Translations under genes and position numbers: made by a program | Shown here: positions 9,732 to 20,548 of the stretch, one piece after another | Layout: every line of letters begins with the position of its first letter | Numbering within the stretch: the first letter of the stretch is position 1 | NCBI GenBank assembly: GCA_965209155.1 | Contig: OZ242383.1 | Span: 640,001-704,000, forward strand | Length of the DNA: 64,000 nt | DNA from: a bacterium | GTDB taxonomy: Bacteria; SAR324; NAC60-12 | Reading direction: 5' to 3' | Notes under the pieces: model-generated | What the model was told of the DNA's origin: nothing | The model's input: the letters and a program-made list of their open reading frames with translations, nothing else | Database searches by the model: none

Positions 9732-12700
9732 TCAGTTCGTCATGCCTGTAGCATCTTGAAATTCGACCGAGACCATTTTGGACACTCCAGGTTCTTCCAT
9801 GGTCACTCCATAAAGCCGGTGTCCGATTTCCATGGTCTTCTTGTTGTGCGTGATAATAATGAACTGCGATTCCTCCACCAGTTGTTGAATCATCACATTG
9901 AAACGCCTGACGTTGATATCGTCTAAAGGCGCATCCACTTCATCCAGTAAGCAAAAAGGACTGGGTTTGATCAAAAAAATCGCGAAAATGAGCGAGATGG
10001 CGGTCAGGGCTTTTTCACCTCCGGAAAGCAGGTTCATGTGCTGTAATTTCTTTCCGGGAGGCTGGGCGATGATCTGAATGCCGGATTCCAGCACGTCATC
10101 GCCCTCCGTTAAAATCATACGGGCCTCGCCTCCTTCGAACAAAGTGGTGAAGGTCTCTTTGAAATAATGATTGACCTGGTCGAAGGTTTCCTGAAATCGT
10201 TGGCGGGATTCCACGTTGATTTCTCGAATGGATTGCTTCAGGTCATCCATCGCCCGCTCTAAGTCCGTGGACTGCTGTTCCAGAAATTGGATTCTTTCCT
10301 GAAGGGCTGCGTGTTCTTCCGGAGCGGCCAGGTTGACTTGGGACATTTCATTCAATTTAACCCGCATTTTCTTCAACTGTCCCGCCACCTGGTGCTCATC
10401 GAGGTCTTCAAGATCGAGTTGTTCAATCACTTGCTGTGGAGAATGGTCGTATGCATCGAGCATTTCTTGTTCGATTTGTTCACGCCTCATTCGTTGTTCG
10501 CTTGCTTGCAAGCTGGATTGATGGATTTTTGTCAACAATTGATCCAATTCTTGCGTCAACTCCTGTAAAGCTTTGCTGGAGTGGGATTGTTTTTCCCTCA
10601 ATTGCTCATGGCTTTGCGATTCTTCGTTCAAACGGGCTTTCAATGACTCTCTTGATTGCAGGAAGGTCTCGAAATGGTTATCGACGTCCTCAATGATCTC
10701 GCGGCTCCTGTTGATTTTTTCCGTAATTTCCCGCTGGGAGTTCGTCAGAACCTCTATCCGTTTCAGACATTCCGTTGATTCCTCTTGAAGTCGTTGCGCC
10801 CGTTCTTCACCAGTCTTCAACTGTTCGTGGGTTTCCGTCAGGTTCACCCGGGTGGTGAGCAACGTCTCCGAGATTTTCTCCACTGTCTCCTGTTGCGCCT
10901 TGATCGATTCCTGGTGCTCTTTCATATTCCTTTCAAGTTGTAGTCGTTCTTTTTCGAAACAGGTCAATTTCGCATCGACGTCCTGCTTGTCATTTTCGAT
11001 TTTTTCAATTTCCCGCCGCAGTTGCTCCTGGTCTGCTTCGAGCTGTTCACCGAGTTGTAAGGCGCGCCGGTGTTCGAGTTGATCGAATTCCAGTTCTTTA
11101 CGCAGTTGCGACAATTCCACTTCCAGTTCATGCTGCTGATTTTTTTTCCGGGCAATGCTTACGCTCTTTTTTTCCTCCTCATCTTTGAGGATCGTTTTCT
11201 CCCGTGTGGAGTGAGTGACTTCTTTTTGCAAATCCGCTGCTGCCCGGCCCAGTCTTTCGATTTCGTTTTTGCGCTTCAGGAAACCCAAGGACGTTTGCTG
11301 CGGCTCTCCAATTTTGACGATCCCCTGCCGCGTGTAAAAATTCCCTTGTGGTGAAATCCATTCGATCGTCGTCTCGTGCGGAGGACGGGTCTGCCATGCT
11401 TCCTCGCTTTCTACCAGGAAAATTCGGCTGAAAAATCCCCGAGCGAGTGTATTGGCGGCATTGCCGTCGAGCGGGTCGCCAAACTCCATTAAATCCGACA
11501 AAGGAATACCAGGCAATGCTTCCGCACTGGTGTATTGCTTCAAACGGTCCAGGGCGATAAATCCCAAACGTCCTATTTCATGCTGCCGGCAGAAATTTTC
11601 GATATCTTCTAAAAACTCTGATTTTTCCACCAACAACAAATCCAGGTAATCCACCAGACCCGGAGCGATTTTAGCGAAATGGGATGCTTCGACGTCCAGA
11701 AACTCTGCCAGCGCACCATATATTCCCAGTCGCTTTTTTTCTTGCGGGAATTCTTTCAACAACGTCAGGAACGATTTCACGCTTTCATCCAGGTCTTCAT
11801 ATCGATCCTGTATGGTTTGCAGGGATTCAAGTTGAGAAGACGTCGTTTGAAAACGGTATTGCGTCTCCTGCAACCGCCTCTCCTGGTCCGCCATTTTCAG
11901 CAGGTGATCCGAATACGCTGCTTGCAATTCGCTCAGGGAGCGTCCGGCTTTTTTTTGCTTATTTTGCAGACGGTCGACCTTTCCCTCGTTTTCAGACACT
12001 TTCGCTCGCGTTTCACCCAAGTGCGCCGCATTGCTCCTTTCCTGTTCCTCGAGGCGGATACCCCGGTCTTTAACGCCTTCCATGCGATCTTGCAAAAATG
12101 CTTTTTGATTGCCGTGGTTGGTCAATCGAGTGTGAACGGCAAGGAGTTGTCTTTGAAAATCCTGCATAGCCCCATTCAAATCCTGCAGGACGGTTCCTTC
12201 TTCCTCACGTGATCGATCGATGCGGTCGATCTCTCCCTGAAGTTGCTCATACTGGTTTTTCAAAAGAGCCCCATCCTCTTTTATACGGATTTGCTCCTCC
12301 CCGGTGATGCCGGCCTTGTTTTGCAAGGCGTCTTGTTCTCGTCTTTGTTCGCGTATCCATTCTTCATAATTTTGCAGGTTCTGCCGTTCCAGTATGCGTT
12401 TGTTGTCTTTTTCCTGGATTTCCCTTTCTATTTGAAATACTTCTTCACGCAGGTCCTCCAATTGGGCCTCGTGTTCGCTCATTTCCCGTGAGAGCTGTTC
12501 CAGCCCACCTTCCCAGGAATCGCGATCTTGCAGCAATACGGACTGACGTTGTTCTAGCCGGCTCTTGATGCTTTGCGATTGTTTTTCCTGCTGCCACGTC
12601 CTTTGCCATTTCAAGGCCAGCAGTTGACGGTCGGTCTGCTCAGTTTGTTTTTTCAACTCGAGGAACTGATTCGCTTTTTCTGTCTGTTCTCGCAGGATTT

Positions 12701-13319
12701 CCCCTTGTCGCCGAAGCTCCTGCAATAAATCTTCGACACGCAACAGGTTCTGCTGCGTGCTTTCCAGACGCCGCTCCGCGCTTTGGCGTTTGGTTTTGAA
12801 TTTGACGATTCCCGCCGCCTCCTCGATCAGGTAACGGCGGTCGATGGGTTTGGCGCTGACGATTTCCCCCACTTTTCCCTGTTCGATGATGGCATAGGAT
12901 TTGCTGCCTATTCCGGTGTCCATGAACAATTCGCGTACGTCCATCAAGCGTACCGGCAATTTGTTGATCATATAGACGCTTTCCCCGGAGCGATACAATT
13001 TGCGGGAGACGGAAATTTCCGGATAGTCCCGGTACCGGGACAAGTCGCTACCGTCTCGATTGTGGAAAGTGAGCGTCACTTCGGCCACTCCAAGCGGTTT
13101 CTGGAAATCGCTTCCGGCGAAAATAACGTCCTCCATGCCACCACCCCGCAAGTGTTTGGCGCTTTGTTCGCCCAATACCCAAAGGATGGCGTCGACGACG
13201 TTGCTCTTACCACATCCATTGGGGCCGACCACCATGGTGATGCCATTTTGAATGAATTCGATTTTGACGGAATGACAAAAAGATTTGAATCCAGTGATCT
13301 GCAGACTTTTGATGCGCAT
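9732..13319 (-). CDS. smc: Chromosome segregation protein SMC
   Basis: GFKSF, GPNGCGKSN Walker A, coiled coils with hinge, LSGGEK signature and LLDEVDAPLD. Confidence 0.97.
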   Translation of the reverse strand: MRIKSLQITGFKSFCHSVKIEFIQNGITMVVGPNGCGKSNVVDAILWVLGEQSAKHLRGGGMEDVIFAGSDFQKPLGVAEVTLTFHNRDGSDLSRYRDYPEISVSRKLYRSGESVYMINKLPVRLMDVRELFMDTGIGSKSYAIIEQGKVGEIVSAKPIDRRYLIEEAAGIVKFKTKRQSAERRLESTQQNLLRVEDLLQELRRQGEILREQTEKANQFLELKKQTEQTDRQLLALKWQRTWQQEKQSQSIKSRLEQRQSVLLQDRDSWEGGLEQLSREMSEHEAQLEDLREEVFQIEREIQEKDNKRILERQNLQNYEEWIREQRREQDALQNKAGITGEEQIRIKEDGALLKNQYEQLQGEIDRIDRSREEEGTVLQDLNGAMQDFQRQLLAVHTRLTNHGNQKAFLQDRMEGVKDRGIRLEEQERSNAAHLGETRAKVSENEGKVDRLQNKQKKAGRSLSELQAAYSDHLLKMADQERRLQETQYRFQTTSSQLESLQTIQDRYEDLDESVKSFLTLLKEFPQEKKRLGIYGALAEFLDVEASHFAKIAPGLVDYLDLLLVEKSEFLEDIENFCRQHEIGRLGFIALDRLKQYTSAEALPGIPLSDLMEFGDPLDGNAANTLARGFFSRIFLVESEEAWQTRPPHETTIEWISPQGNFYTRQGIVKIGEPQQTSLGFLKRKNEIERLGRAAADLQKEVTHSTREKTILKDEEEKKSVSIARKKNQQHELEVELSQLRKELEFDQLEHRRALQLGEQLEADQEQLRREIEKIENDKQDVDAKLTCFEKERLQLERNMKEHQESIKAQQETVEKISETLLTTRVNLTETHEQLKTGEERAQRLQEESTECLKRIEVLTNSQREITEKINRSREIIEDVDNHFETFLQSRESLKARLNEESQSHEQLREKQSHSSKALQELTQELDQLLTKIHQSSLQASEQRMRREQIEQEMLDAYDHSPQQVIEQLDLEDLDEHQVAGQLKKMRVKLNEMSQVNLAAPEEHAALQERIQFLEQQSTDLERAMDDLKQSIREINVESRQRFQETFDQVNHYFKETFTTLFEGGEARMILTEGDDVLESGIQIIAQPPGKKLQHMNLLSGGEKALTAISLIFAIFLIKPSPFCLLDEVDAPLDDINVRRFNVMIQQLVEESQFIIITHNKKTMEIGHRLYGVTMEEPGVSKMVSVEFQDATGMTN

Positions 13320-13544
13320 GTAATGGGTCTTTCAAAGCGGGAACCGGGGTCGGGATTTTCCGAAAACCTTCAGAATCTATGCCACAAATTCCGAACAAAG
13401 CCAAGTTTTCCGGAACATTTCGGGCATCGTGGACAGGATTCCGCAAAAACATGTTGATTTCACTCACGAGCCTGTGCTAGTCTGTTAAATGAAAGCACTA
13501 TCAGAATTTCCTCGTTGCTTCACGAACGCCTGAAAAGCTTTGCC

Positions 13545-13778
13545 ATGTCGGAACACACTTTTGAAACGGCCCTGAAAAAACTCGAAGAAGCGGTCAATCA
13601 GTTGGAATCCGGTTCCTTGCCCCTGGAAGAAGCTTTGAATTCTTTTGAAAATGGCATACGATGGAGTCGAAAATGCCACCAGTTTCTGGATAAAGCCGAA
13701 AAACGGATCGAAGTGATATTAAAAAACGAGCAGGGAGAACCCACCCAGACTTTGTTTGATCTGCAACAACAAGACTGA
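13545..13778 (+). CDS. xseB: Exodeoxyribonuclease VII small subunit
   Basis: FETALKKLEEAVNQLESGSLPLEEALNSFENG...C..FL..AE pattern. Confidence 0.93.
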   Translation: MSEHTFETALKKLEEAVNQLESGSLPLEEALNSFENGIRWSRKCHQFLDKAEKRIEVILKNEQGEPTQTLFDLQQQD

Positions 13779-13896
13779 CCTTCTCTATACATGATCTGAA
13801 ATCATTACTCTGAGTTCCTTTTTGCTCCCTTCCTTTCAACAGACGATCAAGACACCCCACCCCTGAACGTCTTTTATTTTTCGATAAAGGAGTCGA

Positions 13897-16497
13897 ATGT
13901 CAAAAGAAAAGAAAATGCTCGTCAACGTCGATGACGACGAAACACGTATTGCCGCTGTAACCGGCAACACCCTGGATAACCTTCACGTGGAACAAACCGG
14001 TCGCAACCGGCGACAGGTCGGAAACATCTACCGGGGTAAGGTGGTGAAGGTACAGAATTCATTTCAGGCCGCATTCGTGGACTATGGAGGGGAGCGTCAA
14101 GGTTTTCTGGCATTTTCGGACGTCAACTTCCAAATTTTCAAAACCACGGGCAATCCACAAAGTAAATCGGCCATCAGGCAATTCCTCAAACCCGGACAGT
14201 GGATTATGGTGCAAGTCACTCGCAATGAACTGGGCAACAAAGGACCGACCCTGACGACCCATATCAACCTCCCCGGAAGATTTATCGTCTTCATGCCGAA
14301 CAGTAGCAAAGGCGGCGTTTCCAAGAAAATAGATGACGTGGAAACACGCGTACGTTTGAAGAATTTGCTCGAAGGCCTGTGCAGTGAGAAAGATTCGGCC
14401 ATCATCCGGACGGCGGGCGTGAACCGCAGCGCATCAGAATTGAAGCGGGATTACATGGTTCTCCGGCGCAAATGGAACGAAATCCTCATAAAATATGAAA
14501 GTTCTGCCGGTGCAGGGCTTTTGTACGAGGAAGAGGACGTGGTGGTGCGCACCTTGAGAGACTACTTCATTGACGATATAGCGGAAATCTGGATTGACCA
14601 CCCGGAAACGTTTCAACGCGCACTGGAATTTTTTAAGGCCAATATTCCCGGCCGGCAAAAAAGACTGCAATTTTATTTGGGGGAACGTTCCCTTTTTTCG
14701 GATTATGGCGTTGAAAATCAAATCGAACAGCTCAGCAGCAACCACGTACCGCTTCCATCCGGAGGCAGCCTGGTGATCGACCCGACTGAAGCGCTGGTAG
14801 CCATCGACGTCAATTCAGGGCGGTACAACCAGGCTAACGATATCGAAGAAACGGCGTTGCTAACCAACCAGGAAGCAGCGGAAGAGATCGCTCGTCAGCT
14901 CCGTCTGCGCAACCTGGGAGGGCTGATCGTCATTGATTTCGTCGACATGGTTCAGGAAGAGAACCGCATTACCGTCGCCGAATCGTTGCGGGAGTGGATG
15001 CAGGAAGACAAAGCCAAATGGAAGCTGGGAACCATTTCACAATTCGGTTTGCTCGAGATGAGTCGCCAGAGAATCGCCAATGCCCTTTCTCAGGAAATGA
15101 AAACGATCTGTCCTGCTTGCGGAGGAATAGGGGAAGTGCTTTCCGTTGCCTCCCTCGCCAATGCGGTTTTACGAAAAATCCGGGACCTGTCGGCAACCTC
15201 GACCCGCGAGAGTGGCGAAATTCTCGAGATCCACAGCCACATTCCCGTAGAACTGTCCAATCACCTGTTCAACAAAAAGCGTCAGCAATTGGATGAACTC
15301 GAGGTGGAATTCGGCATCAACATCATACTGACGGCAGATCTTTCCTGCGACCCCGGGAAACTACCGGATTTCGAAGTGATCAGGAAAACAGTCGCTCCAT
15401 CGGAAAAGATGCACGCAAGCGGAAAAATACCATTGCCGGAGGAAGAGGACTCGAGACGCAAGGAAAAGGAAGAGAAAGTCAAACCCGGAAAGGACCGGCG
15501 GAAAAAAGCAAAATCATCCGGACTTTCCCAAACAGCCGAAGTGCGGGAGAAAAGCGTATCCTCAGTCGATTCGGCGGACGATCGCATGTTTTCCAAAGAA
15601 AATGAATCCACCACCGTGCTGAAGTCATCGAGCCCGCTTCCCTTGTATAGCAGCGCCCACCAACCTCCCCCTGCGGAGCGAGCAGGGGGAGTTCCCCTGG
15701 TACTGCCCTCCAGAAAAGTTTCCGTTCTCCACGAACGCGCCAAAGACATTCCTCCAGGTACGGTACTCTTCAGCAGTTCCCACCGTGATTCACGGGAAGA
15801 CCCAACTCCCGGCAATAAAGAGTTGGTGGAAGATACGCAAACGACAGGTGGCCACTCCCCAGAGAAGGATTCGAACAAGAAGGAGGCGGAGAAAGAAAGC
15901 GAGTCCGAGAATACGGCAAAGGAGCAATCCCCGGCGCAGGGTGTTAAAAAGAAGGCGACCACCGGGAAAAAAACCACCACGCCCGGCAAGAAATCCGCGA
16001 CCAGGAAGCAGAGATCCACGAAAGCCAGCGACGACGTCGAAAAAACCGGGGCGGAACCGGTAGCCGGGGTTGCCGATTCCGAGGCAACGGACCGGTCGAC
16101 GGAGTTGCTTCCCGCAAAGCCATCGCCTGCAAAAAAATCGACCCCTCGCAAGTCACGCAGCGCGAGCAGCCAAACAACACTTGCGGAGCAAGAAAAGGCC
16201 GGGTCTCTCTCGAGCAGCGAAAAAATATCCAAACCTGCAGGGAAAGGCACCGAAAAAGAGGTGAAAGATTCACCGGTAAAAAAAGCCGCAAGCCAGGCGA
16301 CGAGTGAAAAAGCCGGCAAGGAACCCGTAAAAAAAACGGTACAGCGGAAATCGAAAAAATCGACGACGTCTGCCAAATCAGAGAGTCTTCCGGAAGAAAA
16401 AGCATCCAAAAAAAATAAGCCGACCCCTACTGAGAAAGTTGCCGTGGCGCGAACTACCGCAGCGGGAAAAGCGGTACGCCGGAGCGGGAAAAAATAA
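13897..16497 (+). CDS. rne: Ribonuclease E (Rne/Rng) with long low-complexity C-terminal tail
   Basis: GNIYRGKV S1 domain, TEALVAIDVNSG, RQLRLRNLGGLIVIDFVDM and Zn-link CPACGG. Confidence 0.9.
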   Translation: MSKEKKMLVNVDDDETRIAAVTGNTLDNLHVEQTGRNRRQVGNIYRGKVVKVQNSFQAAFVDYGGERQGFLAFSDVNFQIFKTTGNPQSKSAIRQFLKPGQWIMVQVTRNELGNKGPTLTTHINLPGRFIVFMPNSSKGGVSKKIDDVETRVRLKNLLEGLCSEKDSAIIRTAGVNRSASELKRDYMVLRRKWNEILIKYESSAGAGLLYEEEDVVVRTLRDYFIDDIAEIWIDHPETFQRALEFFKANIPGRQKRLQFYLGERSLFSDYGVENQIEQLSSNHVPLPSGGSLVIDPTEALVAIDVNSGRYNQANDIEETALLTNQEAAEEIARQLRLRNLGGLIVIDFVDMVQEENRITVAESLREWMQEDKAKWKLGTISQFGLLEMSRQRIANALSQEMKTICPACGGIGEVLSVASLANAVLRKIRDLSATSTRESGEILEIHSHIPVELSNHLFNKKRQQLDELEVEFGINIILTADLSCDPGKLPDFEVIRKTVAPSEKMHASGKIPLPEEEDSRRKEKEEKVKPGKDRRKKAKSSGLSQTAEVREKSVSSVDSADDRMFSKENESTTVLKSSSPLPLYSSAHQPPPAERAGGVPLVLPSRKVSVLHERAKDIPPGTVLFSSSHRDSREDPTPGNKELVEDTQTTGGHSPEKDSNKKEAEKESESENTAKEQSPAQGVKKKATTGKKTTTPGKKSATRKQRSTKASDDVEKTGAEPVAGVADSEATDRSTELLPAKPSPAKKSTPRKSRSASSQTTLAEQEKAGSLSSSEKISKPAGKGTEKEVKDSPVKKAASQATSEKAGKEPVKKTVQRKSKKSTTSAKSESLPEEKASKKNKPTPTEKVAVARTTAAGKAVRRSGKK

Positions 16498-16582
16498 ATT
16501 CCGCGTCGACGACCCACTTTCCCGGACTGTCCCGACGCAATGATCGCCAGGCTGCAGTGAGCCTCCCATCTTTCAAGCCCCC

Positions 16583-18019
16583 ATGAAGCATCATTCTGAA
16601 CTTTATCGCTTCTTGCCTTCGGTCAGCGAAGTCGACCGGTACCTGAAAAATAAAGGTTTGGGCTTTGGTAAAGCCATTCGAGCGCACGTCGAACAAGTGC
16701 TCGAAGAATGGCGGGAAGCAATTGCCACTTCAGCAGGTCATGACGACCTCGAGGAAACGGGGAACCCGTCTTTCCAATCCCTGGTGATTTCCGGCAAGGA
16801 AGAGATTCTGGAACACCTGGCGTCCGTTGTGAGGCAGCGAGGTCAAATGAGTGCGCGTCGTGTTGTCAATGCCACCGGAGTGGTCATACACACCAACCTG
16901 GGACGCGCTCCTCTTTCCCTGGAATTGCTCGAGTCGGTGACACCCCTGCTCACCTCCTATGCCACCATCGAATACGATTTGGGAACCGGCAAACGCGGTA
17001 CTCGAGGGGAAGGAATCAAAAATCACCTGCGACTCCTTTCGGGTGCGGAAGACGCGCTCGTGGTCAACAACAACGCTGCAGCGGTTTATTTGATGTTGAT
17101 GGCTTTGACCTGTGGGAAGGAAGTGGTCGTTTCTCGTGGGGAACTCATCGAAATCGGTGGTTCTTTCCGCATTCCGGATATCATGCGCGCAGCCGGGGTT
17201 CGACTGGTGGAAGTGGGCACGACCAACCGCACGCGACTGTCGGACTATGAAAAGGCCATCAACGGCAATACCGCCGCTTTGATGAAAATACATCCTTCCA
17301 ATTTCAGGATCCGGGGGTTTGTCGAAGAAACGACGATTGATCAGATCGGCCAATTGGCGCGAAAATACGAATTGTTCTCGTTTCATGACCTGGGAAGTGG
17401 CAATTTTTATCAATTCGACCAACCTGCCTTGCGCACTATGCCTACCGTGCAACAGGAAGTACGGAAGGGAGTCGATCTGCTCACTTTCAGTGGTGATAAG
17501 TTATTGGGCGCAAACCAAGCGGGCATTCTGGTTGGACGGAAAAACCTGATCTCCCGGCTCGAGGAACATCCCCTTTACCGTGCGTTGCGTCCTGACAAAA
17601 TCAGCATGATTTTGCTTGAAGCGCACCTGGCCGCCTATTTTCAAATGGAAACGCTGGCAAGCGCGATTCCCACGATCGGCCTTTTGGAACAAAGCAGTGA
17701 GACCATCCGGCAAAAAGCGCAAAAAGTCCTGAAAACCCTCAGCATTCCTCCTCGCTCGGGTTGGAGTTGCGAGTTGCAAGCAGCCGCTTCCTTGAGTGGA
17801 GGAGGGGCTTTTCCGGAAGTCGAGCTCGACTCTTATTGCCTGGTCCTGGACCACGCCACGCTTCCTGCTGAAAAAATTCAACAGTTTCTCCGTGAGCAGG
17901 ATACGCCCATCATTGCCAGGGTGCGAGACGAGCGAGTCTGGTTGGATTTCCGCGTGATTTTCCCGGAGGATTTTCCCGAGATCGCCCGTATTCTCCAGCA
18001 ACTCTTTGCCATTTCATAA
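16583..18019 (+). CDS. selA: L-seryl-tRNA(Sec) selenium transferase
   Basis: VNATGVVIHTNLGRAP, VNNNAAA, SRGELIEIGGSFRIPD, EVGTTNRT and FSGDKLLG. Confidence 0.96.
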   Translation: MKHHSELYRFLPSVSEVDRYLKNKGLGFGKAIRAHVEQVLEEWREAIATSAGHDDLEETGNPSFQSLVISGKEEILEHLASVVRQRGQMSARRVVNATGVVIHTNLGRAPLSLELLESVTPLLTSYATIEYDLGTGKRGTRGEGIKNHLRLLSGAEDALVVNNNAAAVYLMLMALTCGKEVVVSRGELIEIGGSFRIPDIMRAAGVRLVEVGTTNRTRLSDYEKAINGNTAALMKIHPSNFRIRGFVEETTIDQIGQLARKYELFSFHDLGSGNFYQFDQPALRTMPTVQQEVRKGVDLLTFSGDKLLGANQAGILVGRKNLISRLEEHPLYRALRPDKISMILLEAHLAAYFQMETLASAIPTIGLLEQSSETIRQKAQKVLKTLSIPPRSGWSCELQAAASLSGGGAFPEVELDSYCLVLDHATLPAEKIQQFLREQDTPIIARVRDERVWLDFRVIFPEDFPEIARILQQLFAIS

Positions 18020-18022
18020 GGA

Positions 18023-18115
18023 ACCCGAGTTCGAGATAAGCATTTAATAAATTCAATATGTAATGGAATCTTCATATCTTAGAGAAACCGCGTCATTCCT
18101 GGCTTGATCAGGAAT
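18023..18115 (+). mobile_element. Family A MITE left arm (partial), running into a tandem array
   Basis: ACCCGAGTTCGAGATAAGCATTTAAT... matches about 1661-1755; starts 3 bp after the selA TAA. Confidence 0.75.
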
Positions 18116-18388
18116 ATAGAAGACCTTTGCGCATTTGCAGCTGGCCGTAAAAATGTCATTCCTGGCTTGTACAGGAATCCAGAATGCCTTTGTGCCTTCT
18201 TTAGATGTGCCTTTGTGCCTTTGCAACGTAAAAATGTCATTCCTGGCTTGAACAGGAATCCAGAATGCCTTTGTGCCTTTGTGCCTTTGTGCCTTTGCAG
18301 CTGGCCTTAAACAAATGTCATTCCTGGCTTGAACAGGAATCCAGAAGGCCTTTGTGCCTTCTTTCAGATGTGCCTTTGTGCCTTCTTT
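18092..18388 (+). repeat. Tandem array of 4 GTCATTCCTGGCTTG(A/T)(T/A)CAGGAAT palindromes separated by TGCCTTTG octamer runs
   Basis: Units start at 18092, 18155, 18236 and 18317; spacers are related to each other. Confidence 0.9.
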
Positions 18389-18545
18389 AATAGAGCTTCA
18401 GGAGTAAATTCGATCTCCTGCAAGTTCCATCCAGGAAACATGAGTTATATAACTGCCTTGAAAATACCGGTGATATGATTCATAACTGCTTGAAATTTCT
18501 TTCTTTCAATCGATTCATCGAACCCATCCTTCGTGGTAATGAGCT

Positions 18546-19874
18546 ATGACGAACGATACATTGAGTGAACAAGCGCAAGTTGCCCGCTGCGCTTCTCTCG
18601 AATTGGCCAATTTGCCAACAAGCCGGAAGGACCAAGTCCTGCAGGCGATTGCGGACAGCCTGCGCAGGAACGAAGAGAGCATTTTGAATGCCAATGCCCT
18701 GGATCGAGCGGAGGCCAGGAAGATCATGGAAGCGGGTAAACTTTCTGCTTCCGCTTGTGAGCGGGTTTCCTTGAATGAAAAGAAAATCGAACAGATGGCG
18801 CTCAATTTGGAAAGCGTGGCGCAATTGCCGGATCCTGTCGGCAAAATTCAAAGGGGTACGCAACTGGCGGAAGGATTGGAACTCTATCGCGTTACTTGTC
18901 CCTTGGGAGTCATATTGGCGATCTTTGAATCACGTCCCGAGGTCGTTGCGCAGATTTCCGCATTGGCTATCAAGTCGGGCAACGCGGTTATTCTGAAAGG
19001 AGGCAGTGAAGCGCGCCATAGCAACCAGGAATTGGCTCGTCTGGTCCGGGAAACGCTGGGGCGATTCGATTTCATGCCCGAGGGAACGATGTCGTTGCTC
19101 AATACCCGGGAAGAAGTGTCGCGCATTTTGCAAGCGAGTGATTGCATTGATTTGATCGTTCCCCGAGGGAGTAACGCCCTGGTGCGTTACATTCAAACTC
19201 ATTCCAAAGCGCCCGTCCTGGCCCACGCGGATGGCATATGCCACGTTTATCTCGACTGCGAGGCGGACGTAGAGAAAAGTGAGGAAATCGCGCTCGATGC
19301 CAAGCTTCAATACCCGGCGGTATGCAATGCCATGGAAACGTTGTTGGTTCACCGGGCGTATCCTCGATCTTCCTTGGTCGCAATCCTGAAAAAACTGCAA
19401 GACGCCGGAGTGGAATTGCGTGGTTGCCGGAAAACGCGAGAACACCTGGCAGGAATCGATTCGTTGCGTCTCGCGCATGCCTGCGACCAGGACTGGGTCA
19501 CCGAATACACGGATTTGATTCTTTCCTTAAAAATGGTGTCTTCCCTGGAAGAAGCGGTGAATCACATCAACGCTTATGGCTCCAAACACACGGATGCGAT
19601 CGTCACCGAAAACAAAGACAAGGCGGAATGGTTCATGAACCAGGTGGACGCGGCCAACGTTTTTTGGAATGCGTCCACTCGATTTTCCGATGGGTTTCGC
19701 TACGGTTTCGGCGCCGAAGTGGGAATCAGCACCAGCAAGATTCACGCCCGGGGGCCCGTGGGATTGGAAGGGTTGGTGATCTACAAATATAAATTATACG
19801 GGCAAGGGCAAAGCGTGGGTCGCTTCGAAGGTTCGGGCGCTCGATACTTGCACCAGGCGATCCCTCCCCTTTGA
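18546..19874 (+). CDS. proA: Gamma-glutamyl phosphate reductase
   Basis: PLGVILAIFESRP, KSGNAVILKGGSEA, CNAMETLLV, NASTRFSDG and HARGPVGL. Confidence 0.96.
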   Translation: MTNDTLSEQAQVARCASLELANLPTSRKDQVLQAIADSLRRNEESILNANALDRAEARKIMEAGKLSASACERVSLNEKKIEQMALNLESVAQLPDPVGKIQRGTQLAEGLELYRVTCPLGVILAIFESRPEVVAQISALAIKSGNAVILKGGSEARHSNQELARLVRETLGRFDFMPEGTMSLLNTREEVSRILQASDCIDLIVPRGSNALVRYIQTHSKAPVLAHADGICHVYLDCEADVEKSEEIALDAKLQYPAVCNAMETLLVHRAYPRSSLVAILKKLQDAGVELRGCRKTREHLAGIDSLRLAHACDQDWVTEYTDLILSLKMVSSLEEAVNHINAYGSKHTDAIVTENKDKAEWFMNQVDAANVFWNASTRFSDGFRYGFGAEVGISTSKIHARGPVGLEGLVIYKYKLYGQGQSVGRFEGSGARYLHQAIPPL

Positions 19875-19895
19875 GCAGGCAATGAGGAAAAGACG

Positions 19896-20540
19896 ATGCG
19901 ATTGATCTTTTTAGGCGCCCCGGGGTCTGGAAAAGGCACCCAGGCGCAAAAGCTGGTCAAAGATCTCGAGATTACGCAACTTTCCACGGGCGATATGTTG
20001 CGTGCTGCTGTGGTTTCCGGAACGGAAATCGGTCGCAAGGCCAAAGCGGTGATGGACACGGGGCAACTGGTTGCCGACGAGATCATGATCGGCATTTTGC
20101 GGGAGCGGGTGAAAGCGGCGGATTGTGGCAATGGCTACCTCCTGGATGGATTTCCCCGTACAGTGAACCAGGCTGAAAAACTGGATGAGTTGCTGGAGGA
20201 AAGACAAGAACGGATCGACTTCGCCATCTATTTTATGGTCGAAGACGACTTGTTGCTGCGGCGGATCACCGGTCGGCGCGTGCATCTACCCAGTGGGCGG
20301 GTTTACCACGTCGATTTCAACCCTCCCCGAGTCCCGGACAGGGATGATCTCACCGGCGAAGCGCTCACTCATCGCAAAGATGACACGGAGGAGACGGTGC
20401 GGGATCGTCTGGCTGTTTATCGCACGCAAACCGAACCCCTGATCGGTTATTACGCAAAGTCCGGTATCCTGAAAAGGGTGGATGGGAGTGGGGAAATCGA
20501 AGATATTCATTCCCGCCTGAAAATCGCTGTTTCCCGTTGA
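19896..20540 (+). CDS. adk: Adenylate kinase
   Basis: GAPGSGKGTQA, STGDMLR, LDGFPRT and a LID domain. Confidence 0.97.
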   Translation: MRLIFLGAPGSGKGTQAQKLVKDLEITQLSTGDMLRAAVVSGTEIGRKAKAVMDTGQLVADEIMIGILRERVKAADCGNGYLLDGFPRTVNQAEKLDELLEERQERIDFAIYFMVEDDLLLRRITGRRVHLPSGRVYHVDFNPPRVPDRDDLTGEALTHRKDDTEETVRDRLAVYRTQTEPLIGYYAKSGILKRVDGSGEIEDIHSRLKIAVSR

Positions 20541-20548
20541 GGTCGTGG

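Noticed and set aside
15282..16517. 411-aa antisense ORF
   Set aside because: Shadow of the low-complexity RNase E tail, with no recognisable motifs.
18092..18388. CRISPR array (also 27730-27955)
   Set aside because: Spacers are related microsatellite runs of uneven length, the repeat also occurs as dispersed single copies, and there are no cas genes in the window.
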